Below, piece by piece: positions 12,301-24,300 of a stretch of DNA of 64,000 nt; the first letter of the stretch is position 1; each line of letters opens with the position of its first letter. The notes under the pieces are model-generated. The model was not told the DNA's origin. It saw nothing but the letters and a program-made list of their open reading frames with translations, and ran no database searches. Position numbers and translations under genes: made by a program. The stretch is from Owenia fusiformis (taxonomy: Eukaryota): the NCBI GenBank assembly GCA_903813345.2, contig CAIIXF020000001.1, forward strand, positions 37,820,001-37,884,000. Reading direction: 5' to 3'.

Positions 12301-15300
12301 AAACATCTCTGCGACAAAACCTCCCCTGTAACAACATTTTTATTTGGGGATGACATTACCAAGAGAGTCAAGGATATTTCAGAAATGAATAAGACCCAGA
12401 TTAACTCAAGCGTCTTTAATCAGTCTCGAGGCAGTTATCGTGGCAGTTATCGAGGCCGAGGAAACCGTGGACGTGGCACACGTGGACGTGGACGAGGCCA
12501 GAATCATTTTTTAGGCCAAGGCCAGAATCGCAACTACAGTCAGCGGCAGGGTTACGCCCAAAACAAATCCTCTCGAGGAAAAGGAAGAGGCAACACGGCC
12601 CAGAACCAGGACAACAAACAGTCCAACAAGTAGCTGCAAATGATCATGAACCTAGTGAGGTAAGAGATTTTCTTAGATCTCAATTAAAACATTTCAAAGG
12701 TGGTAGATTGAAATACTTCTATTCAGAATGGGAGAAAATCACTTCAGATCAAACTATTTTGAATGCAATAGCTGGATATGATTTTGAATTTATCGATGTT
12801 AACGCTATCCCACGATCTGACCATCCACGACCAAAAATTCAAAAATTTCTCGAAAGAGGCATTTTAAAACCAGTTGAGCATTCAAAGATTGGCTATTTAT
12901 CTTCAATTTTCCTCACACCTAAAAGTGATGGTACAAAAAGAACAATTCTGAATCTGAGAAATCTCAATGAACATGTGGAATATCAACATTTCAAAATGGA
13001 AAACTTTCAAAGTGTCATAAACATGATAACCGAAAATTGCTATATGAGTACCTTGGACGTAAAAGACGCGTACTATAGCGTACCTGTGTCTGAGACATCT
13101 CAGAAGTTCCTTCAGTTTGAGTGGAAAAATACCATATACCAATACACATGTTTAGCGCAGGGCTTGTCATCTGCACCGCGCATTTTTACTAAGATTATGA
13201 AGCCAGTTTTTGCAAAACTGAGAAATGAAGGTTTCATGTCTGTTTATTACATCGACGATTGTTGTTTGATTTCAGACTCATATGAGGAATGTAAACGCAA
13301 CATTGCTACAACAATTGACCACCTACAGCATCTTGGTTTTATGCTACATCCTGAAAAATGTGATCTGATCCCAAAACAGGTAATCAAATTTCTTGGTTTC
13401 GAAATCAATTCTAACACCATGGAAGTGAAGTTACCAGAAACCAAAGCAGTCGCTATTCAATCGCTATGCATTGAGACGTTGCGTCGAAAAAACAAGATCT
13501 CTATAAGAGAGCTTGCAAAACTTATTGGAACATTGGTAGCTTCGTTTCCTGGTGTCAGGTATGGTCGGTTATATTACCGTCACATGGATAACAATAAATC
13601 GTTAGCTTTATCCCAAAACTGTGGGAATTTTGACACGAAGATCGCATTGAATCTTGATGCACAAAATGAAATCAGGTGGTGGATTCGTCATATTAAAAAT
13701 GCCACTAACCCTATCTCTGTTATAGACCCACAGCATGTATTGCGATCAGATAGTAGCATGGCAGGATGGGGTGTGTTTGATGTGACAAATAATACCAGAA
13801 CTGGTGGACGGTGGAACTACGTTGAGTCTAGACACCATATTAATTACCTGGAATTATTAGCAATATTTCTTGCACTCAAAACCTTTTGTAGGTCTGTTAG
13901 AAACAAACACGTGAGAGTCGAGACTGACAACACTACAGCTATGACATATGTCAACAACATGGGTGGCTCAAAATCTATTGACTGCAATATTCTAGCCAAA
14001 CAAATATGGCAATGGTGTATTTTTCGTGACATTTGGCTGTCTTCATCTCACATTGCAGGTATTGAAAATGTCGAAGCTGATTCCGAGTCTCGCATTTTCC
14101 ATGATGAGACTGAATGGATGCTTGATGAACAGGTTTTTGCAGATATTTGCAACATTGACATGTTTCCCAATCCAATTCTAGATTTGTTCGCATCAAGATT
14201 GAACAATCAGCTTGGGAAGTACGCATCTTGGAGACCAGATCCAGAAGCTGAATTCATTGATGCATTCTCAAAAACATGGAATAGTATGGTCACTTATTAT
14301 GCTTTTCCGCCTTTCAGTATTCTGATGAGAGTGCTGAACAAAATTCAACACGACAGAGCCGACGTTCTCTTGATCTTGCCCCTCTGGCCCACTCAACCGT
14401 GGTGGCCAAAGATGTTGAACCTTTTAACCACACATCCAGTTGTGCTACCCCAAGAACGGAGGATCCTAAGCCTACCATACAATCCAGAGGCACAACATCC
14501 GTTGAGAAAACTGACATTAATTGCTTGTCACTTGTCAGGAATTCCCTCCAGAAACAAGGACTTTCTGTCCCAGTTACCGAAATCATCCTACAATCTTGGA
14601 GACCAAAATCACAGAAACAATACGAGGTTTATCTCAAGAAATGGATTTCGTTCTGTAATACGAGGGAAATTGATCCAGTTCAAGGAACTTTACAGTTAGG
14701 TTTGGAATTTTTAATGACATTATCAGTAGATAATCTAGGCTACAGTGCCATTAATACCGCTCGCAGTGCGCTCTCATCATGTATTAACTTTCCCAAAACA
14801 GAGACATCTTTTGGGCAACACCCTCTAGTGGTGAGGTTTATGAAAGGTATCTTTAATAAGAATCCCCCTTTACCCAGATATACGAAAACTTGGGATGTCA
14901 GTGTGGTTCTGAGACATTTGCAGAGTTATTTCCCAATAGAAAAAATAACATTGCTTGAATTAACGTTGAAACTTATCATGCTAATTGCGTTGGTATCTGC
15001 ACAACGAGCACAAACATTACATCTATTGTCACTAAACAATCTCATAATTGAGAAGGACTGCTATGTGTTTACAATATATGACAATGTAAAACAATCAAAA
15101 CCTGGAAAATCAAATCCAATTATCAAACTCCATACGTATGATGATCCAAGTCTCTGTGTTGTAGTAACGTTGAAAGAGTACATACAACGAACTGAAAAAT
15201 TAAGGGCTGGTGAATCAAAATTGTTTGTTAGTACTATCAAGCCCCATAAAGCGGTGTCTAAAGATACAATAAGTCGTTGGCTTAAACTTGAACTTAGTAG

Positions 15301-18300
15301 AGCTGGTATTGATACAGACACTTTCAAAGGTCATAGCACTCGTAGTGCTGCAGTTTCTGCGGCTAGCAGATCTGACGTAAATGTGGACTTGATTTTGAAA
15401 ACTGCCGGATGGAGCAGTGATTGTTGTTTCAGGAGGTTTTATAATAAACCTTTGGACATTGATAATGAAAAAACGTTTGGTAAAGCGGTCTTAAGCCTAT
15501 AAAAATACATAAAATGTTTGAGTTTGCATTGACAAAACAATGTCAAAATTGTATTAAGTAGTTTATTAATAACAATATGCTTTGTTTGTTTATTGTACAT
15601 AATTTGTCTGTTGTTTATCAGTCAGTTGACCTTGAAGGGAATTTATATTACTTAATTTCCCTTTTTGACCTATGTGCCCAGTTGGCTTTAAAATCTCATG
15701 TAACCGGATATTGAGGTATTGTAAGGAGGTATAATTGGAAATTAAACGAAACTTTTGAAAAAAGATGAAGTTTGATTGTAATTATACCGACTTACAATAC
15801 AGCAATAAGGTTACATGCCCTCCCAGTGAGGCCCTACCCTGATCACTACCGTTATGGAGTAAAACATCTACAATATGTATAATCCAATTTTGTGTTTTAC
15901 AATTGGTTTAATCTTTACAATGTAATCTATTGTTACAATTAACCTTTTACTCATGTATTATTTGTCAAGAAACATGAGTTGTACACCTGGGCACAGTAGG
16001 TCTTAGTTTTAAAGATCTGATTGGCGCATGCGCAGAACTATCTCATGTAACCTTATTGCTGTATTGTAAGTCGGTATAATTACAATCAAACTTCATCTTT
16101 TTTCAAAAGTTTCGTTTAATTTCCAATTTTATATGATTGCCAACTCTGGCGGTTTTTTTGTAAATGCTTTTGACCGCTGTAAATGTGAAACTGATACAGT
16201 ATTATTCAATTGTTTTATGTCTTGGTCACATTTGCTCCGATTTTCACTACGGCGCCCGGCCGATTGAGTATTGTGTTCAGAAATGTATTCAATTTTGAAC
16301 AAAATACTCGCAGCAAATGTGATCCAGGCATTACACAGCGGTATTTCGAACATACTATTGTTGCTTAACCACGACCTAGCCAATTTTAAAATCATACTCC
16401 TTATTTAAATCCAAGTAAACGATCAATGTCTAGGTATTTGGCGTTTGATGATACTATGGCCCTTGGCGAATTATGATTAGATGAACCGAGGTCAACATTA
16501 ATGTTTCTTGTACAAGGTCATTACAAGGTCTAAGATAAATATTTAGGTATTTTACGTTTCAAGACCTTTGGACAAATTCGATTCAACGATGTATTAAAGT
16601 TAAAATGTATACAGAGATAAAATAGGTTATCTCCTATCGTTTCCTTGTGTATACGTTTATGTCTCTGCGTAATAACGCAGATGCGAGCAGGTAGTTACCA
16701 ATCTCACCACAAGGTGGCTCGTTCGGGTCAGATAGCATGGCGGGTATGGTAGAAAGATCCCTTTAACTTAAAGTACATCTGTTTTCGTGGTTCAATTTTC
16801 ATATCACCCTTAAAATGTATCTAATAGCAATGCAATTAAAATATGTCCAGTGAACGAAAATGCAATACAAGAATAGATATTTCACTTTTTGTGATTTTGT
16901 AACAATGGTGTTATTTTTTGTATATGTAACATGGTCATTTTCACATTTTATATTATTACTGTTCATATTAATCAATCCCTATTCATCTCAATATAACAGG
17001 TCCCTAAGTAGGTTGTTTGCAGTTTTACTCTTTTAATACCATGTTCACTTTTCACCTTGAGTTATTCAACTATGCAAACTGTGTCAGTTTTATATATCTA
17101 TTGTTCCCCTATATGGTCTTTCTCACTCACATGTAGCTGAGTTTGCATTGGGTGTTGGCTTGTCAGTAGTTGCTGTAAGAGTTCATGTTGTACATTACAG
17201 AGCATTGTATTTTAAACATTGAAGTTTGAAATATACTATTTTATATATATTTTAATTTGAAGATCGAGTTATTTTATTGCCACCCACGGGCCTTCCACAC
17301 GCCCATTTACATATAACGCTTTGAAACAACTTTAAAAAGTGAGCAATGTCAGTGTTGTGATAATAGAGAATTTTCGTTATAAGTTGTTTCAAAAACTTAT
17401 ACGTATACTTATAGTTTAAAGGGTCTTGTCGAACTAAAATCAATTCAAATTGATTTTCATAATCTGTACCAAGTGGGGCATAACTATTCCCGATATAGTC
17501 AAGCTTCATCATCAACTAGGGACTGCGAATACAATGTCCTTTGCTAGTGTTAATTATGAACACGATAAACTAAATTCTAGTTGACGGGTCCTTGTAGTGT
17601 ACGATAAACAAGACCCTTTAAAGTGAATCACTACACGAACGAGTCGATCATTTCAAAGTTCTCATGAAATTATAAGGTCAATTTTTAAGTTTTTACGTAT
17701 AAAAGGGCCTTTATACACAGATTATAAACTTACAGAGTTGGATCTCCGCATAGTATATGTGTGGACCTACTGACCAGAATGGCTTATTAAAATTAATCGG
17801 CTGAATAGGCATAGTATCCAATCAAATAGCTCGACTCATTCATTAGCTGAACTAATTCTCCCTTCGTTATTTCTACAAAGTGATTCAAAACGATCATCTA
17901 CAAAAAATATATTTGAGAGTAGATAAATCTGTAAAACCCGTGTGCTATATCAGCCTATTTGATTCTAGAAAACACATATGATACAACTAAACATGCTTTA
18001 CATCAAGGGGGTAAGGATGGTATGCCATTGGCCCTTTTTATTACCGTCCTAGGAGATATTTCCCGACGAATTAGGAAATTATGAAACACCTTGTTTATTG
18101 GGTTTATAAGTATAAGTATACGTATAAGTTTTTAAAAAACTTATAACGAAAATTCTCTAATAACGCCCCTCATACCTATTTATTACAGGTCGTGTAGACC
18201 ATTGTTGCCTGATTTATAGCAAAAACATTGACTTTTGCATGTTGATGATGATGATGATGATGATGCGCCTTTTGTAATAGATCTCATATCTTAGAAGCGT

Positions 18301-21300
18301 ATCAGTTCAAAAAAATACTAGAAGACCTTACATATTTTGCCATGCACTGCGCCTATTCATTTGGCAATTCAGTTGTAAATTTTATCTTGAAAAAAATAAA
18401 TCTTCCAAATTTGTTGAGTTTTCTTGCAGAAATCGCCTACCCCCCCCCCCCCCCCCTCCATCCATTTTGTATGATCACAAGGCGTGATTTAAGCTGCTGA
18501 TATTCTTCTTTAAACGAGTCGGATTTTCAAAATCTATAAGTTGGACTCCCTTTATAGAAGCTTTGAACTGAATTTGCACTGCTTAATGCTGAAATTATAT
18601 TGTTTATCCATACATTTTAAGAAAAAATGTATAAAAAAAGATGTTAAAGCCAAATGTTGCCCTAAAAATTCAGAAAATGTGAAAAATTTCGAATTTTCTA
18701 TGTACAGGCCTTGTTGCCCCTTTAAGAAGCTTAATATGTAAATTATCTAATCAAACACTTCGTCCACCATTTTGAAACACTAATCAATCCAATCTGTGCT
18801 AGGGATTCATAGGGCGAGCCAGTGGGATATTTCCAGGGTTCATACACACCTGGAAATGTCAGGGAAATTGACTTGATTTTCCAAGTGCTGGAAATGTCAG
18901 GTAATTTTAAAATTAGGTCAAAAGGGCCAAAGATGACCGGGAATTTTGAAACGGTAGACATGTCAGGGAAATGTCAGGGAAATTTGTATCAGTGTTGAAA
19001 AAATAATGTTCCAGAGATTAATGTTTCCAAACTGTTTTGAAACAAACTAACGTCTTGTTTTCAACCTACACCTTGCTCCTTTCTGTCGTATTTAATAAAA
19101 CAAAAATAGTATATCACGGAGGGATACGAACCACTCACCTGGGACTTGGTTATTCACTAGCGCCATAGGCGTTCTACTATTCTGGATACAACTGACGAGT
19201 CGTATTTAAGTGGAGACAAAAGTGAGGATCATTTTGAATTGACGCTCGGTATAAATATATAATACTTTTGTTCTTTCATATCGGTAGCTCGTTGGCCTAA
19301 TGGTTAGCGTGCCTGGCTTCCATAGTCTAGGTTAGTTGATCGAAACCCGTTCATGTCGAACTTTTTGATTTGCTTGTTGTCAAGATATAATAAGTAGGGC
19401 AAAATCCAGAAAAAGTAGATCAAAAATACTCCAATGGAGTATAAAATTGTCACCAGGATTCCGGAATGAGACGAATGTTAACTCGTGAAATCTCGGTAGA
19501 TAAGGTAGGTCAGAAAATCCGGATTAATCCGAACAAGGTTCGGGAATTTCCGTCATAAGAAGTAGGTCAAAAATACTCCAATGGAGTATAAAATTGTCAC
19601 CAGGATTCCGAAATACGACGAATCGAATCGGCAAACTTCGGTACAATAATGAAGTGCATAAAAATCGTGAAACAGGTGTCAGGGGCTTCCCTCATCTTTC
19701 CATAAATGGTTCTAAAAGCCTTATATGGATCTATCACGTGACATTCAAAATGACGTTCCTATATGGTTCTATGGGCCTTATATGGATCTTTCGAACACGT
19801 GACCAAATCAAAATCAAAATCAAAATTTTACCTTGACCATTGGATGGGATTTCATAGAAAATATCAAAGAAAACATATTCTCGTGATCCTTAAATCACTT
19901 AAATTCGATCATTTTATCTTCACCCCTTGATGGAATTTTATGAAAGAAGTTATGAAAACACATCATCATGTTAGGGTTTTCACCTAAATTAGCTCGTTTT
20001 ATCTTGACCCTTCAATTGAATTTCATTGAAAAATGTTTCATGAAAAATATCATGTTATGATTTGTATTTAAATAAGACCGTTTCATTTAAATACTTGCTG
20101 GATAATATTTCATTAAAAAACGCACTTTAAAAATATTTCAGGATTTGCCTTAATTTATCAATGTAATGTAAGTATTAGATTGACTCTCAAATAGGGTTCT
20201 ATTTTAACTTTTTTATTGAAATTAATACTAGGCAGGACTCACTCTCTAAATAGCTAATAAAAATTCAACCCTTGGATGTGATTTAGTTGAAAAAAAATAT
20301 GACAAGTCCAGAATCAAATGATTTGTCCAGAACCTCTTAAGATCCTGTTTAACGTTCTTTATGTTAAATAGATTCTTACTTGGTTCGCTACATGTAGATC
20401 TGCTCAATTCATCTGCGACAGTCTGGAGTCCATCAAAGTCGCTCACAATAACTACATATTTACTATCTGGGTTACTGGCAATACCATTTACTTCTTCTAG
20501 TTTCAGCTCTGCAGTTTGCACACCGATGCAGTAAATTATTATTCCATCGGCTTTTGCGGCACTTGCAAGTGGAACTGGGTCACCAGTTTTAGCAGCACCA
20601 TCAGTTATGACAATGGCAACATCTTGTACGCCTTCTCGATTTCCACGAGTTGGTGAACTATATATTTCTCTCATCGTCGATATACCTGCTATGGTGTCTG
20701 TTGACCCAGCTTCATAAGCTATTTCATTAATGGCAGCTATAACTGCTTCATTTGTGTTGTAGTCATTTAGATCAAATTTCAAGGAGGCACCATCAGAAAA
20801 TGACAGAGCAGCAACTCGTATACCATCATCACCTATGTTCATGTCTGACACAACATCCTTCACAAAATTGAGAACCAGTACGTAATTGTCCTCACCAATA
20901 CTTCCAGAAGCATCAATGACAAACACGACATCAAGACGTCCATCAGCACAATCTTAAATTCAACAAAAATATTGTGTCAATGGTATTATTAATTTAATAG
21001 TCATAAAAAAAGTTTCAATCAACTAGTATGGTAAATGGATAAGAAACAAGTGAAATATTTACTATACGTTGTTGACATACCTATTGTTTGGATGCAGGAC
21101 TTCTCAGCAATGGTTTCTGCTATCGTTGATAAACCTGAGAAATCGTCAACAACTGACGCATAAATGTCTGTTGGTTCGCTAGCTATGCCATTTACTTCAT
21201 CTATGTTAAGTTCCGCTGTTTTTATTCCAATAGCAAACATTACAACACCAGCAGCTTTAGCTGCGTTTGCTGCTGGTATCGGATTTCCAGTTTTTGCAGC

Positions 21301-24300
21301 TCCATCGGTAACCACTATAGCAATATCTGGAACGTTACTTCTATCACCATTTGCCTCTTGGAACATGTCACTCATTAGACTTTCTAGACCCTCTTTTGTG
21401 GCTGTGGAGCCTGCGTTATAAGGTAGGTTACGCAGAGCAGAAATAACATCTTCTCGATTTGTGTATCTATTCAAATGGAATATTACTTCAGCCTCATTAT
21501 GGAATATAATTGCAGCCACTCTGGTCTGATTCGAACTGATGTCTAGTGTAAATGCTATATTCACGATGAAATCCCTAATGAATTTATAGTTTTCTTCTCC
21601 AACACTACCAGATGAATCAATCACAAAAACGACATCAGACGTCCCTCTACATGCTGCAAAATACAAAGGTTAGAGAATATGAGGTACAAATATATGAGTA
21701 TTCATCATAATATGACATCTGAAACTAAGATGCCTTTATCAATAAAATTGTAATAAACATATAAGAATAAAATTGTGCAGTTTAAACAGATTTATCTGGT
21801 GCAATAAATGTAGAATTGTTAAAATAAAAATACGAAAATATTCCATTATTATCCAATGAAGAATCAAAAAGCCAGCGTCGCCAATTCTATCTATTTACAA
21901 AACAGTCAAAGACACTCACATATTTCAGGTACTGTTGTTGTAGGTGCTGGGGTGGTGGTCGTAGTAGTGGTAGTTGTTGTACTTGTAGATGTTGTTGTTG
22001 CTGAAACAATTTACCATACATTGATATAAAATCGTTGTAATTGACTATTTTGAATCGACTAACAATTATTCATCATTTGTATTTCATTAGTACCTTTTCT
22101 TTTATAGTTGTCTCAATATAGAATTGCTGGTTTTCTCAATACCTTTTCATCAATATGAGTAATGCGAACCACATCATAACATTCATTGGTTTGCTCTTTC
22201 AATTATTCCCTTTGTGCATTATTTTGCACTTGGCTAACGTTCTTTATGTTAGATAGATTCTTACTTGGTTCGCTACATGTAGATCTGCTCAATTCATCTG
22301 CGACAGTCTGGAGTCCATCAAAGTCGCTCACAATAACTACATATTTACTATCTGGGTTACTGGCAATACCATTTACTTCTTCTAGTTTCAGCTCTGCAGT
22401 TTGCACACCGATGCAGTAAATTATTATTCCATCGGCTTTTGCGGCACTTGCAAGTGGAACTGGGTCACCAGTTTTAGCAGCACCATCAGTTATGACAATG
22501 GCAACATCTTGTACGCCTTCTCGATTTCCACGAGTTGGTGAACTATATATTTCTCTCATCGTCGATATACCTGCTATGGTGTCTGTTGACCCAGCTTCAT
22601 AAGCTATTTCATTAATGGCAGCTATAACTGCTTCATTTGTGTTGTAGTCATTTAGATCAAATTTCAAGGAGGCACCATCAGAAAATGACAGAGCAGCAAC
22701 TCGTATACCATCATCACCTATGTTCATGTCTGACACAACATCCTTCACAAAATTGAGAACCAGTACGTAATTGTCCTCACCAATACTTCCAGAAGCATCA
22801 ATGACAAACACGACATCAAGACGTCCATCAGCACAATCTTAAATTCAACAAAAATATTGTGTCAATGGTATTATTAATTTAATAGTCATAAAAGAAGTTT
22901 CAATCAACTAGTATGGTAAATGGATAAGAAACAAGTGAAATATTTACTATACGTTGTTGACATACCTATTGTTTGGATGCATGACTTCTCAGCAATGGTT
23001 TCTGCTATCGTTGATAAACCTGAGAAATCGTCAACAACTGACGCATAAATGTCTGTTGGTTCGCTAGCTATGCCATTTACTTCATCTATGTTAAGTTCCG
23101 CTGTTTTTATTCCAATAGCAAACATTACAACACCAGCAGCTTTAGCTGCGTTTGCTGCTGGTATCGGATTTCCAGTTTTTGCAGCTCCATCGGTAACCAC
23201 TATAGCAATATCTGGAACGTTACTTCTATCACCATTTGCCTCTTGGAACATGTCACTCATTAGACTTTCTAGACCCTCTTTTGTGGCTGTGGAGCCTGCG
23301 TTATAAGGTAGGTTACGCAGAGCAGAAATAACATCTTCTCGATTTGTGTATCTATTCAAATGGAATATTACTTCAGCCTCATTATGGAATATAATTGCAG
23401 CCACTCTGGTCTGATTCGAACTGATGTCTAGTGTAAATGCTATATTCACGATGAAATCCCTAATGAATTTATAGTTTTCTTCTCCAACACTACCAGATGA
23501 ATCAATCACAAAAACGACATCAGACGTCCCTCTACATGCTGCAAAATAGAAAGGTTAGAGAATATGAGGTACAAATATATGAGTATTCATCATAATATGA
23601 CATCTGAAACTAAGATGCCTTTATCAATAAAATTGTAATAAACATATAAGAATAAAATTGTGCAGTTTAAACAGATTTATCTGGTGCAATAAATGTAGAA
23701 TTGTTAAAATAAAAATACGAAAATATTCCATTATTATCCAATGAAGAATCAAAAAGCCAGCGTCGCCAATTCTATCTATTTACAAAACAGTCTAAGACAC
23801 TCACATATTTCAGGTACTGTTGTTGTAGGTGCTGGGGTGGTGGTCGTAGTAGTGGTAGTTGTTGTACTTGTAGATGTTGTTGTTGCTGAAACAATTTACC
23901 ATACATTGATATAAAATCGTTGTAATTGACTATTTTGAATCGACTAACAATTATTCATCATTTGTATTTCATTAGTACCTTTTCTTTTATAGTTGTCTCA
24001 ATATAGAATTGCTGGTTTTCTCAATACCTTTTCATCAATATGAGTAATGCGAACCACATCATAACATTCATTGGTTTGCTCTTTCAATTATTCCCTTTGT
24101 GCATTATTTTGCACTTGGCTAACGTTCTTTATGTTAGATAGATTCTTACTTGGTTCGCTACATGTAGATCTGCTCAATTCATCTGCGACAGTCTGGAGTC
24201 CATCAAAGTCGCTCACAATAACTACATATTTACTATCTGGGTTACTGGCAATACCATTTACTTCTTCTAGTTTCAGCTCTGCAGTTTGCACACCGATGCA

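Larger units (their letters stand above)
10698..16128 (+). mobile_element. DIRS1-like tyrosine-recombinase retrotransposon, structurally complete
   Basis: Three ORFs (gag, RT-RH-MT, YR); left ITR 10698-10764; right ITR 16016-16080 + right extension to 16128; ICR 15693-15817; ATT at both junctions. Confidence 0.95.
8405..20349. mobile_element. Large non-autonomous foldback-type DNA transposon with ~1.34-kb TIRs and 4-bp TSD (TAAC); superfamily unassigned
   Basis: Ends AACAGGATCTTAAGAGG...CCTCTTAAGATCCTGTT; TAAC at 8401-8404 and 20350-20353; empty site ttggc-taac-gttcttt present in the other 11 array units. Confidence 0.92.

Noticed and set aside
14399..15502. Prophage or bacterial integrase contamination
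   Set aside because: The recombinase sits in canonical DIRS order with gag, RT/RNase H, ITRs and ICR inside a spliceosomal intron
9744..19011. A transposase gene for the outer TIR element
   Set aside because: Outside the DIRS only short ORFs without DDE or other recognisable motifs; a highly spliced or decayed gene cannot be excluded by eye
19286..19366. Functional tRNA gene
   Set aside because: A/B-box-like motifs are present but acceptor and anticodon stems do not pair convincingly; kept only as tRNA-like
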